Assembly (NCBI GenBank): GCA_963771465.1
Contig: CAVYTU010000013.1
Location: forward strand, 416,001 to 480,000
Direction: 5' to 3'
Length of the DNA stretch: 64,000 nt
Source of the DNA: an uncultured delta proteobacterium
GTDB lineage: Bacteria > Desulfobacterota > Binatia > UBA9968
The notes beneath the pieces were generated by a model. It made no database searches and had not been told where the DNA came from. It saw only the letters and a program-made list of their open reading frames with translations. Shown here in pieces: positions 24,432-32,889 of the stretch. The number at the start of each line of letters is the position of its first letter. Position 1 is the first letter of the stretch. The translations under genes were made by a program, and so were the position numbers.

Positions 24432-24461
24432 AAAAGGGGAAGCAAACCGCTTCCCCTTTTT
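24432..24461 (+). terminator. Rho-independent (bidirectional-looking) terminator
   Basis: AAAAGGGGAAGC-aaacc-GCTTCCCCTTTTT. Confidence 0.85.
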
Positions 24462-24824
24462 CATTTGCGTTCAACCGCGCCTCCTACGTACCTGATGGCG
24501 GCGCGTTGCGAAGTTATTGCGATTTTTCATTTGATCCCAATTGGGCGACACATTGCCGAAATGTTGTCGCATCAATCGGACGTATCCCGTATAGTTCGTT
24601 GCTTTCGAGGGCAGATTTCGCGCTGGCACGTCCTTTGTATCTTGTAGGTTCAAAAATAGTCAATAACTCCATTCAAAAACATCGTTGCGTTTCTCGGACA
24701 GATTATAGCGAAGCCGCAACCGTGGCGAAAATTCATCGGACCAAGGGCCGATATTTCGGCGCCTAAACATTCAATGACATCATTTCAAAGATTTCGGCGC
24801 GTTGGCCACCACAACAATTCGGAA

Positions 24825-25022
24825 ATGCCTAATAGCCAAAGGCTGCCAATCTGCCCCCGTTGTGACGGCGTCGCGGTGAGGCCGTCTCGTAGCTCGCCAG
24901 TAATTCGAGCGGTCTTCAGTTTGGTTTACCTTCAGCCCTTCCGTTGTCGGCAATGCGCCTATCGATTCTGGAGGATAAAAAGAACACTGCTGCCACAAAA
25001 TCCCTTCACACCGGTTAACTGA
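24825..25022 (+). CDS. Small zinc-ribbon protein, paralog 2
   Basis: PICPRCD..AVR.SR..P.I..YLQPFRC..C.YRFWRIKR shared with 20848-21048. Confidence 0.6.
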   Translation: MPNSQRLPICPRCDGVAVRPSRSSPVIRAVFSLVYLQPFRCRQCAYRFWRIKRTLLPQNPFTPVN

Positions 25023-25218
25023 ATGTTGGCTGGCGCTACTTTGTGCGAAAGAGGAAGCCCGTAAAGTGGACTGGGATCATAGTACGTGTTGCTGCCATAA
25101 GACCTTTAATGGCAATTTAAGATTAGGATTCTCTGAGTTTTTGGAATGGCAAGACCGGGTAATAGAATTCAAGCCGCAGCATCGGATTTCCTATCGCGGC
25201 AAAAATCAAACTTAGGAC

Positions 25219-25458
25219 TTACCAAGTAGGCACAAGAAAAAGTTGATCATCATTTTCTAACTTAAATTTCTTGCCCGTTTTTAGGCATAGCGCATCATGT
25301 CCTCGAATCGCCAGAATCTGGGGTGGCACGGAACCGTCGGGGAAATACTCCCCAACAGTTTGCTTACGATCGGGACCAGCGTCGAGGTGGACCTTCATAA
25401 GAAGGGGATGTTCGCCCCGACAAAACACGCAATGAATGTAGACTTCGTATGTTGGCAT
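25219..25458 (-). CDS. Hypothetical CxxC..H..C protein (79 aa)
   Basis: HCVFCRGEHP..LCLKTG; natural composition. Confidence 0.55.
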   Translation of the reverse strand: MPTYEVYIHCVFCRGEHPLLMKVHLDAGPDRKQTVGEYFPDGSVPPQILAIRGHDALCLKTGKKFKLENDDQLFLVPTW

Positions 25459-25636
25459 GGACTTTTTCAGCGTTTGACCACGGACAGGATCGCTGCTGCC
25501 TTGATAGTGCTGTGGCGATCAACGCTCATTTCAGCTTACCAAAAGAATTTCGACCTAACCATCCGGTCAGTCAATTTAAGCCCACTACTTGAATGACCAA
25601 ATTCTTGGACGATAATAGAAATTAGTCGGAATCGTA

Positions 25637-25942
25637 TTGGATATGGACAGAGCGTTCGAATCGATCCATACCTTGTCTGAAGCGGACTTTCTCGCCGTTT
25701 ATGAAACTCGCCCAACTCTGCCTGAGAAGAGACTCATGTTTGCGATATTGCTGGATGCCGTCGAGTGCTTTCAACAATACGCAGGACACGAGGACAATCG
25801 TCTCTTCCTGGAAACAGAGGACTGGGTTTCTGAAGACGATCGTGGGTGGATTTTTTCATTTATCAACGTTTGCGAAGCTCTAGAAATCGACCCGCAGTAC
25901 TTGCGACAAGGTCTCTTGCATGGAAGGAAAAAAAGATCTTAG
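25637..25942 (+). CDS. Hypothetical protein (PEKRLMFAILLDAVECF..FSFINVCEALEIDP)
   Basis: Plausible helical protein; a decayed second copy lies at 30023-30140. Confidence 0.65.
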   Translation: MDMDRAFESIHTLSEADFLAVYETRPTLPEKRLMFAILLDAVECFQQYAGHEDNRLFLETEDWVSEDDRGWIFSFINVCEALEIDPQYLRQGLLHGRKKRS

Positions 25943-26110
25943 AATCGGAATACCGCTAGTCAAAGATGGTCTACGCAAAATCGAACGAGGCCGGCAAAAA
26001 TTCGCCGATGCGTAATCTATTCGCACGCAGCTAAATAACTCGGCTCGCCAATGGTGGGAACTTGTTGATGGCGACGCTAATCACCAAGGCCCATACAAGG
26101 AGGTAAACCT

Positions 26111-26332
26111 ATGGAGTCGCTATTTGAAACGAAGGCTTCCGGCAACCTAGAGAAAGAACCAAATTTTCCCGATGAGTGGGTTGCTATTGCGGCGTACTAC
26201 AGCTGGAAGAATGATGGTCAACCGGAGGGAAAGGATGCTGATTACTGGGATAGGGCCCGAGCTGAGCTAATTCAGCTCTGGAGCGAAGGAAATCTCCCGA
26301 CAGGATGGCAGACCTCTGACGAAGAGCGCTAG
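26111..26332 (+). CDS. DUF2934-like small protein
   Basis: VAIAAYYSWKNDGQPEGKDADYWDRARAEL; AGGAGG RBS. Confidence 0.75.
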   Translation: MESLFETKASGNLEKEPNFPDEWVAIAAYYSWKNDGQPEGKDADYWDRARAELIQLWSEGNLPTGWQTSDEER

Positions 26333-26380
26333 AAGTCACCGCATTTTCAAGAAAAAACATACCGATGCAGAAAGCGGAGA

Positions 26381-26417
26381 CGCGAAGGGACCGCCGTTTA
26401 ATGACAGTCCCTTCGCG
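26381..26417. terminator. Hairpin between convergent genes
   Basis: CGCGAAGGGAC...GTCCCTTCGCG. Confidence 0.65.
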
Positions 26418-26443
26418 CCGCGCGAAACCGTCAGGTTAAAAAC

Positions 26444-26770
26444 TTAGTCAGATTCATGAAGGCGATACCGTCGTTCAGAATGCCATCCGCCATCATTATC
26501 TCTATATAACTCTCTCCAGTCTCTGCGAACTTCTCTCCTCTGGTCGCGGATCTTCTGATCGTATTCACGGGCTTCGCGGAAATCGCCTTGGCGTAGCTCG
26601 CGATTACGTTGCATGGTTAATCGATCGAGCTGCTGCATGTCTTCGCGAAGTTCCTGACGCTCCCTCTTATTGCCGGGCGGGTCGAGGTCGGCGTGAGCAT
26701 GTCCCATTGGGATCGCCAGAGAAGCCGCCAACAGACCGATAGATAATGGAGCTAGTGATTTTTTTTTCAT
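26444..26770 (-). CDS. Secreted Arg/Glu/Asp-rich hypothetical protein
   Basis: Signal peptide ending AHA, charged coiled-coil; GGAGG RBS; sigma54 motif upstream. Confidence 0.75.
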   Translation of the reverse strand: MKKKSLAPLSIGLLAASLAIPMGHAHADLDPPGNKRERQELREDMQQLDRLTMQRNRELRQGDFREAREYDQKIRDQRREVRRDWRELYRDNDGGWHSERRYRLHESD

Positions 26771-26803
26771 TGTCGTCCCCTCCTTTTCCTATAAGGAAGA
26801 AAC

Positions 26804-26818
26804 GCAATCACCGTACCA
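26804..26818 (-). promoter_or_regulatory. sigma54 promoter
   Basis: Minus strand TGGTACGGTGATTGC. Confidence 0.7.
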
Positions 26819-27138
26819 AAATGTAAATGGCAGATAACTCTAAACTTCTCACATGCAAAAACTGAATTACGGAAGAGAAACTCTTGCAGATTTTTTGAGA
26901 ATTTCATTCGTCCCAATTGGGCGACAGCAGCGTGACGGGATTTAATGCTCTTGCCTTCGCCATGTTTCGCGTCAGTCGCCACGTTTTGTCGATCTGATCG
27001 CTCACGATGTTTGCCGTTGCCTGCTGTGCCTCCTCCTCAGTCGAGAGGCCGCCGAACTGTCGCGTGATTCGGACGCCCCTGTAAGTCCAAACTGGCAATT
27101 AGCCCTCTAGTGACTCCGCATTCTCTTAATGTCGATAT

Positions 27139-27399
27139 TCAAACCTCGCCAATCTCTTCGACGCCGCTTACGACGGATAACGCGTCCTCTATGTAGGGAG
27201 CAGCGCCGGGATAGAATTGGTATGCACGATCAAGGATAAGTTTCGCGTCCTCAATCTGGCAGAGTATTTCGACGATGGAAGAATCTCGCGTTCGCTCGAT
27301 TACGGAATTTTTCAGGATGGCATAGCCACGGCTGGGTAAGGGTAACCTACCGAGAAAACATCGATAGGTGTCTAACGGCATCTTTACGAGAACCGCCAT
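27139..27399 (-). CDS. Leaderless ~85-aa family member A2
   Basis: MAVLVKMPLDTY..GYAILKNSVI..VEILC..AKLILDRA..YPGAAPYIEDAL; TTGATT-16-TACAAT-6-ATG. Confidence 0.75.
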   Translation of the reverse strand: MAVLVKMPLDTYRCFLGRLPLPSRGYAILKNSVIERTRDSSIVEILCQIEDAKLILDRAYQFYPGAAPYIEDALSVVSGVEEIGEV

Positions 27400-27529
27400 A
27401 GCTAAATTGTATTACGAGGAAATGGGCAATCAACGGGTAGGCGAAAATAAACATGTATTTCGTGCCATCATCTGATGGCCCTGAGTATACGCTCGACCCC
27501 GCCAATTTGCTTTTGCCGACCCTCAAGCC

Positions 27530-27685
27530 TAAGGCAACTATCAAGTAAAAAGTCTTCGGCTGGACGCGCGAGCTGGAGGCGCTTTTCAACGTTCCGATTT
27601 CGCCGGTTACATCGATGTCGCCGTCACGTTCAATCCTGGTCCCGGTTGGCGGCCATTTAACAAATGGGCAATTACGGAGCTGCAT
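27530..27685 (-). pseudogene. Probable truncated WPP-motif small protein
   Basis: MQLRNCPFVKWPP..GEIGTLK resembles the start of 30702-30962; 3' boundary approximate. Confidence 0.35.
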
Positions 27686-28030
27686 TACTGGGGGTTCGAG
27701 CTCCTAGTCCTGTGGCCCCGGTAAGGACAAGAACCGGACGGTCAGTAGATGGGCGGACGTTGGGGCGAGCTCTTACATGGGCCGGTTTGTGTGTGACCTC
27801 GCCGAGACTAAGGGAAATCGTATCAAGGATCAGTAAAGCCCCGGTGTTCAGCAAAGAGTGAGTCCGTTAAACTTGCAACCCTGAGTTATAGTGATAGATC
27901 AGAAAAAAAGGTTGTTTAAATTTCCCAGCGACCATGCTGGATGGTCGGATCAGATCGGGCCACGGCAGGAACTCCTTTCTGTGCTAGGTTCGCACTGAGA
28001 GAACTCTCAAGATGTAGTTGGCGTTGGCTA

Positions 28031-28366
28031 ATGAAGTTCACGTACACAAACTGTGATGCTGAAATCAAAGCCATCTTTGCTGCACGGCCTCGCAAAGACT
28101 TTACACCCGTCGTTACAATAACTGGCTCCCAAGGTTTGAGAACGTTGATTCTCACCTCGCTGTATTTCTCAACCCGCGAGCAAGCCGAGCTTTACGGTAT
28201 GGTACTAACTCGGAAGTGGATTAAAGAGAACTCCGCCGAGATGCGGCGTAAAAGGACATTGGTCGAGGCAGCCGACCCGGCAGCAAACGTAAGAGCCAAA
28301 GCGCGCCGCAAGGATCGAGCCCCATCGCAAAACGCCATGATAGCCGCGCGCCCACCTTCCATCTAA
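28031..28366 (+). CDS. Hypothetical protein (FSTREQAELYG..KWI motif)
   Basis: Natural-looking N-terminal ~70 aa; start inferred. Confidence 0.5.
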   Translation: MKFTYTNCDAEIKAIFAARPRKDFTPVVTITGSQGLRTLILTSLYFSTREQAELYGMVLTRKWIKENSAEMRRKRTLVEAADPAANVRAKARRKDRAPSQNAMIAARPPSI

Positions 28367-28418
28367 CTACTACCCAGGCCAGACCTGAGCATCAGGCGAT
28401 AGGGAAATGAAATGAGGC

Positions 28419-28817
28419 TTAGATTTCCCCAAGCTGTTTTTTGACGATGCATTCATTACAGATCGTGGAATTATCCGGCGCGTCTTGGGTCGACACGTAA
28501 TCGTCCATCGGCCACTGAGAGCAATCCGAACAGAGGTGCCAAGTATCGCCAGTTCTGGTTTTTCGATATTCGCCGCTGATTACCGAGCTTAGCGCTTTCT
28601 CTAAGTAAGGAGCAGCGAGGGGATAGAATCGGTTTGCGCGTTCAAGGATGAGGTTCACATCGTCGATTCGGCAGAACACCTCTACGATGGAGTAATTATC
28701 AGTGAGCCTTCGCTCGATTATAGAATTTTTCAGGACGGCGTATCCACGGCTGGATAAAGGGAACCTACCCAGAAAACCTAGATAGGTATCTAACGGCATC
28801 TTTACCAGAACCGCCAT
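28419..28817 (-). CDS. Leaderless family member A3 with C-terminal Cys-rich (HxCxxC..CxxC) domain
   Basis: 132 aa, differs from 31712-32110 at 12 residues by manual alignment; TATGGT-8-ATG. Confidence 0.8.
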   Translation of the reverse strand: MAVLVKMPLDTYLGFLGRFPLSSRGYAVLKNSIIERRLTDNYSIVEVFCRIDDVNLILERANRFYPLAAPYLEKALSSVISGEYRKTRTGDTWHLCSDCSQWPMDDYVSTQDAPDNSTICNECIVKKQLGEI

Positions 28818-28993
28818 AACCAAAAACCATATTTAGGTCACGTTTGGAGAGCTTTTAATTTCCAGCTCGCCCGCGGACGCATTTGCCGAGCTGCTCATAA
28901 AAAAAAGTGTTCATTACGCAGGAGAAGTGCTTGTAGAACTCGCCGAAGAGAGCGAGTTGCATACAAGCCCTTCTCAAGCATCAACACACTAGG

Positions 28994-29548
28994 CTAGGGT
29001 TTAGGTTGGCTCGGTGCTCCGCCCCATGTAAAACCGATGCCTAAATTGATCACATGATTGCCACTGCTGGAGTTGTTGTCGATGGCTTCAATACGATTGA
29101 AAAACCATTCATAACGATAACCGATATTCAAAAACGTGCGGTCGTGCACGAAGAACTTGGCGCCCACTTGCGGTCCTAGGGTGCCGGTAGCGTCGCGGTC
29201 GTTCCACACCAAACCCATGAACCCACCCACGTATGGAACAATGATGTCGGTTACGTGAAAATGATAATTGAAGAAAGGCGTGGTGCTAGCAAGCCAGAAA
29301 TCGCGACTATCGTCGATAAAATTGTAGTTCAACCCTTGTCGTATTCCGATCTGCCAACCCGGCGTTAAGTAGTAACCATAGCCCAAATCGAGGTTCAGAC
29401 TTCCACTGTCGGAACCCTGCGCATGAAACAAACCCCCCGAAAGCTGCCACTCGCTCGCGCCGTCAGTGGGCGCGGCAATCGCTGGTGCGTCACTTAACAA
29501 CCACCCGGTCAATATTGCCGTCGCAAATAATCTCACCACGTTTCGCAT
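28994..29548 (-). CDS. Outer-membrane beta-barrel protein (small, 8-stranded type)
   Basis: Signal peptide, alternating aromatic strands (LGYGYY, PYVGG, GAKFF, IGYRYEW, LGIGFTW); GGAGG RBS. Confidence 0.8.
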   Translation of the reverse strand: MRNVVRLFATAILTGWLLSDAPAIAAPTDGASEWQLSGGLFHAQGSDSGSLNLDLGYGYYLTPGWQIGIRQGLNYNFIDDSRDFWLASTTPFFNYHFHVTDIIVPYVGGFMGLVWNDRDATGTLGPQVGAKFFVHDRTFLNIGYRYEWFFNRIEAIDNNSSSGNHVINLGIGFTWGGAPSQPKP

Positions 29549-29631
29549 ATGGAAAAACCTCCTACTAACAATTTTTTGTTCCAGTTCGTTCACGGACTCC
29601 ACAGTTAGTTTCGTCCTAGCCGAGAACATGA

Positions 29632-29646
29632 GCAATTTAATGGCCA
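29632..29646 (-). promoter_or_regulatory. sigma54 promoter for beta-barrel gene
   Basis: Minus strand TGGCCATTAAATTGC. Confidence 0.65.
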
Positions 29647-29681
29647 GTCGCCATAAAAAACGTTTTGCCCGCCGCTAAATT

Positions 29682-29819
29682 CTACTCTTCAGACTCGTCC
29701 CCGCAGAACTCGACCGCTACCCAGGTGGCGACAATTACGATCACTAGAGTCCAAAGTGAAATGTTCCATTTCAATTGCCTCCAGTACAACTCATCATCGT
29801 AAGATTCATCCCAGTGCAT
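29682..29819 (-). CDS. Possible small membrane protein
   Basis: Single hydrophobic helix; weak support. Confidence 0.3.
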   Translation of the reverse strand: MHWDESYDDELYWRQLKWNISLWTLVIVIVATWVAVEFCGDESEE

Positions 29820-30022
29820 TGCGGGCACATTACTAACTACCCTAAGTCGTACTACGCCTGCTCTTCCCACCACCGCCAGACAAAGAAGCCGCTATGGACG
29901 ATCAATGGTAGCGCTCGCTGACCTTCGAAAGTTGCCGCGTTAATTGATAGGCAATGTCGTTTACGGATGACGCAAAACTAGCGCCATTAATTAGGCATTA
30001 GAAAAAATTATCTAATAAGATG

Positions 30023-30140
30023 ACGCAGGACACGAGGACAATCGTCTCTTTAAAGAACGGAGGAATGGATTTTTTCAAGACGCCGTAGATATAGATGCGC
30101 AGTATTTGCGAAAAGATTTTCTTGCACTGGAGGGAAAAGA
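30023..30140 (+). pseudogene. Decayed partial copy of the 3' half of 25637-25942
   Basis: 28-bp identity ACGCAGGACACGAGGACAATCGTCTCTT (25779-25806), then GGATTTTTTCA and GCAGTA.TTGCGA matches with deletions. Confidence 0.75.
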
Positions 30141-30701
30141 AAATTTCAGGAAGCCGTTACTGCGAGCCAATGTGAACCCCATCCAATGCGGTTTTCGTCC
30201 TAACGGCGGGACACCCAAGATGTTGTTATGTTGCAAAATTGCGACACATCGAAGAGCCAAACCCGATAAAAGATTCAGACGTTGTCCTGATTTTCTCTGC
30301 TGTTGGCTCGATTCTCATACTTGCAACATCATGCTGATTTCATGGATTCAGATTTGCTCCTACTTTTTTGCCCAGTCACATAGCGCTAATGCCCAGAGGA
30401 GTTGCAACAATGATATTCTCCCTCCGAAATTATCCTCGGTTCGGCCCAGCCTGGTTGTCGATTCTCGGCTTAGTTACCATTCTTCACAGCACCCCATCGC
30501 AGGCTTATCCGGTCCTCGTCGAGCATTAAGGCTATTACCATGGCGGCCCTTCAGTTTGAGATTTTGCCTTCCGACTGGCCAAATAAATCTTCTAAGCCAA
30601 TGACCGCGATATGGCCGGAGAGGTAGTTGACCGCGGCGGACGGATCTTTTTACGGTGCAGCTCACAATCGAACATAGGACAGACGCAAATAGGATATCTC
30701 T

Positions 30702-30962
30702 ATGACAATCAGAGAACACGCCAGAGAATGGCCGCCCCAAGTAACTGGCGGAGGCGGAGACGCGGCAATTGCTGATCCAACCGATAAGCTTCTGAACGCG
30801 CAGCGACACGCGGGAGTGATTACTCTCAAACTCCGTAAAAAAGACGGGATCGAATACACAATGGTTTTGGTTCTCCCGTCACATCTATACGGAATGGCGA
30901 TTGTCGCGATCGTGCTTGCGAAAGAGCTAACCCTCGGAGAACTCGGCGAGCTGGGCTTTTAG
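30702..30962 (+). CDS. Hypothetical WPP-motif protein (86 aa)
   Basis: MTIREHAREWPP...TLGELGEL; TAGGAT-6-ATG. Confidence 0.55.
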   Translation: MTIREHAREWPPQVTGGGGDAAIADPTDKLLNAQRHAGVITLKLRKKDGIEYTMVLVLPSHLYGMAIVAIVLAKELTLGELGELGF

Positions 30963-31296
30963 CGAACTCCCTCAGGCGGCATGTCTCTGAAAATGACTCC
31001 AATGGCTAGCTCGTAGTATAAAAATGTCTCATCTTCGCCTCTGGAATTGAGCCAAGCTAATAAACATTGGAAACCCATGGGCTCCCGCCGATCACGGTTG
31101 ATATCAGTCATCTACAAAATTAGGTGTTAAGCGGAAGTGAGTCAGGTGTGGGCCAAAGGGTACTGCGCCGCTGTGGTTATAGTCGCGCTTGGATTGATCT
31201 CGCCTCGATCAATCGTTCTGATTAAAAAAATCACTCGACGCCAGGGAAAGAAAAGTACTACACGGACGATCAGCAAAACAGTGAGGGTCAAGGCAA

Positions 31297-31524
31297 ATGC
31301 GGACAAGGAACACAAAACCTCCTGCGGAGAGAAAAGAGCCACCGTCACCGAGAAAATCTCCCGTGAGGGAGCCCAAGACGCCGAAGAAGCCCATCGGCGA
31401 TCCGCCATCAAAGAAACCGCCAAAACGAGTTACGCCCACCAAGGAAAATACCAGCTTCCAGGAAAGGCCATTCGACGAGTTCCGTACTCCTGAAAAGAAA
31501 CTTCTGTCTAATAGCACAAGTTGA
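31297..31524 (+). CDS. Lys/Pro-rich low-complexity small protein
   Basis: PVREP..PIGDPP..KKPP repeats. Confidence 0.4.
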   Translation: MRTRNTKPPAERKEPPSPRKSPVREPKTPKKPIGDPPSKKPPKRVTPTKENTSFQERPFDEFRTPEKKLLSNSTS

Positions 31525-31711
31525 CTCGCCGGTGTCCGTGAGACGCGTTCGTCGGCACTTATTCAAACGCTACATCTCGCGCATCAGACTACGCAGGCTT
31601 CACCGCTTTTGGCAAAACCTTGGGGTCCGGTAGATGTGGAAATAGTACGCGGGAAAGAAAGATGGTTGCGCCGCCTGACATGTGTCTCGCCGAATTGGGA
31701 ATGAATTACGC

Positions 31712-32110
31712 TTAGAACTCCCCAAGCTGTTTTTTGACGATGCATTCATTACAGATCGTGGAATTATCCGGCGCGTCTTGGGTCGACACGTAATCATCCA
31801 TCGGCCACTGAGAGCAATCTGAGCAGATGTGCCAAGTATCGCCAGTCTTGGTTTTTCGATATTCGCCGCCGATTACCGAGCTTAGCGCTTTCTCTAAGTA
31901 GGGAGCAGCGAGGGGATAGAATCGGTTTGCGCGTTCAAGGATGAGTTTCAGGTCGTCAATTTCGCAGAACATTTCTACGATGGAGTAATTGTCTGTGAGC
32001 GTTCGCTCGATTATGGAATTTTTCAGGACGGCATATCCACGGCTGGATAAAGGGAACCTACCCAGAAAACCTAGGTAGGTATCTAACGGCATCTTTACCA
32101 CAATACCCAT
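31712..32110 (-). CDS. Leaderless family member A4 with C-terminal Cys-rich domain
   Basis: Near-duplicate of A3; TTGATT-16-TATAGT-7-ATG. Confidence 0.8.
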   Translation of the reverse strand: MGIVVKMPLDTYLGFLGRFPLSSRGYAVLKNSIIERTLTDNYSIVEMFCEIDDLKLILERANRFYPLAAPYLEKALSSVIGGEYRKTKTGDTWHICSDCSQWPMDDYVSTQDAPDNSTICNECIVKKQLGEF

Positions 32111-32292
32111 AACCAAAACTATATTACGAAGCACTGGGCAATCAATGGGTTTCTGAAAATGGCAACAAACCAGTCTTACCTAATCAAATATTGAAAAAAG
32201 TGCCATCACGCAGTAGGAGTTCTTGCAGAACATCGCGGAGAGTTGGCAACGTATCGGCGGTGCTCAAATCCAACCTCCATCGGGTCAGGTAA

Positions 32293-32571
32293 ATGCCAAA
32301 AGTTGGAAGCATTGTCATGTACAGTTGGGGTTTAATTTCGGGCCTTGTTAGTCTCGTGTATTCGGTTCGTTCTAACACTCCCGATGATAGTTGCTTAATC
32401 GCTATGGGGCTGGTTATCACGACGTTTGCTTTCGGTTTCGGCTTCATTCTTCAGGCAATGACCCAAAGCGATCAATTGCCCGCCGCTGGTCGCAATCAGG
32501 GTCGCCAGCCTAAAGACGGACCAGACCTCATTATGCAAAGCGCGCAATCACCAAAGTTCTTTGATGACTGA
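32293..32571 (+). CDS. Small two-TM hypothetical protein
   Basis: Two hydrophobic segments. Confidence 0.4.
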   Translation: MPKVGSIVMYSWGLISGLVSLVYSVRSNTPDDSCLIAMGLVITTFAFGFGFILQAMTQSDQLPAAGRNQGRQPKDGPDLIMQSAQSPKFFDD

Positions 32572-32647
32572 GAGAGTGTCAAGATTCGAAACGTTCTGCC
32601 AACCACAAATTTCAGTTAGATACGGATGGAGCAAGGACTTTCTCGCC

Positions 32648-32776
32648 TTAACAACTGCGCAGATCGTTGAACCGCCGGCTGCTGGAGAGCAACTCCCGTA
32701 ACACCAGCAACGTCCAGCGCTCGGTGAGAATCTCTGCCGCCTTAGCGACGGGACAGAACTGACCGTAACCTTTCAT
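32648..32776 (-). pseudogene. Truncated HxlR-type winged-helix regulator (42 aa)
   Basis: Read manually: MKGYGQFCPVAKAAEILTERWTLLVLRELLSSSRRFNDLR then stop. Confidence 0.85.
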
Positions 32777-32811
32777 GGCAAAAATACTAACGTTAAAGCC
32801 GTGCGAGAACT

Positions 32812-32828
32812 AGTCCATTTATTGTACT
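32812..32828. promoter_or_regulatory. Putative operator palindrome of the HxlR-type regulator
   Basis: AGTCCA-N5-TGTACT between divergent genes. Confidence 0.45.
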
Positions 32829-32889
32829 TGATTGAAAGGATGACGAGGAGTAACTCCTAATCAAGAAAATTTTAAACACGAGGTGCAAG

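Noticed and set aside
24624-24638. sigma54 promoter TGGCACGTCCTTTGT
   Set aside because: The -12 element is GT rather than GC and the downstream gene is distant; not listed as a feature
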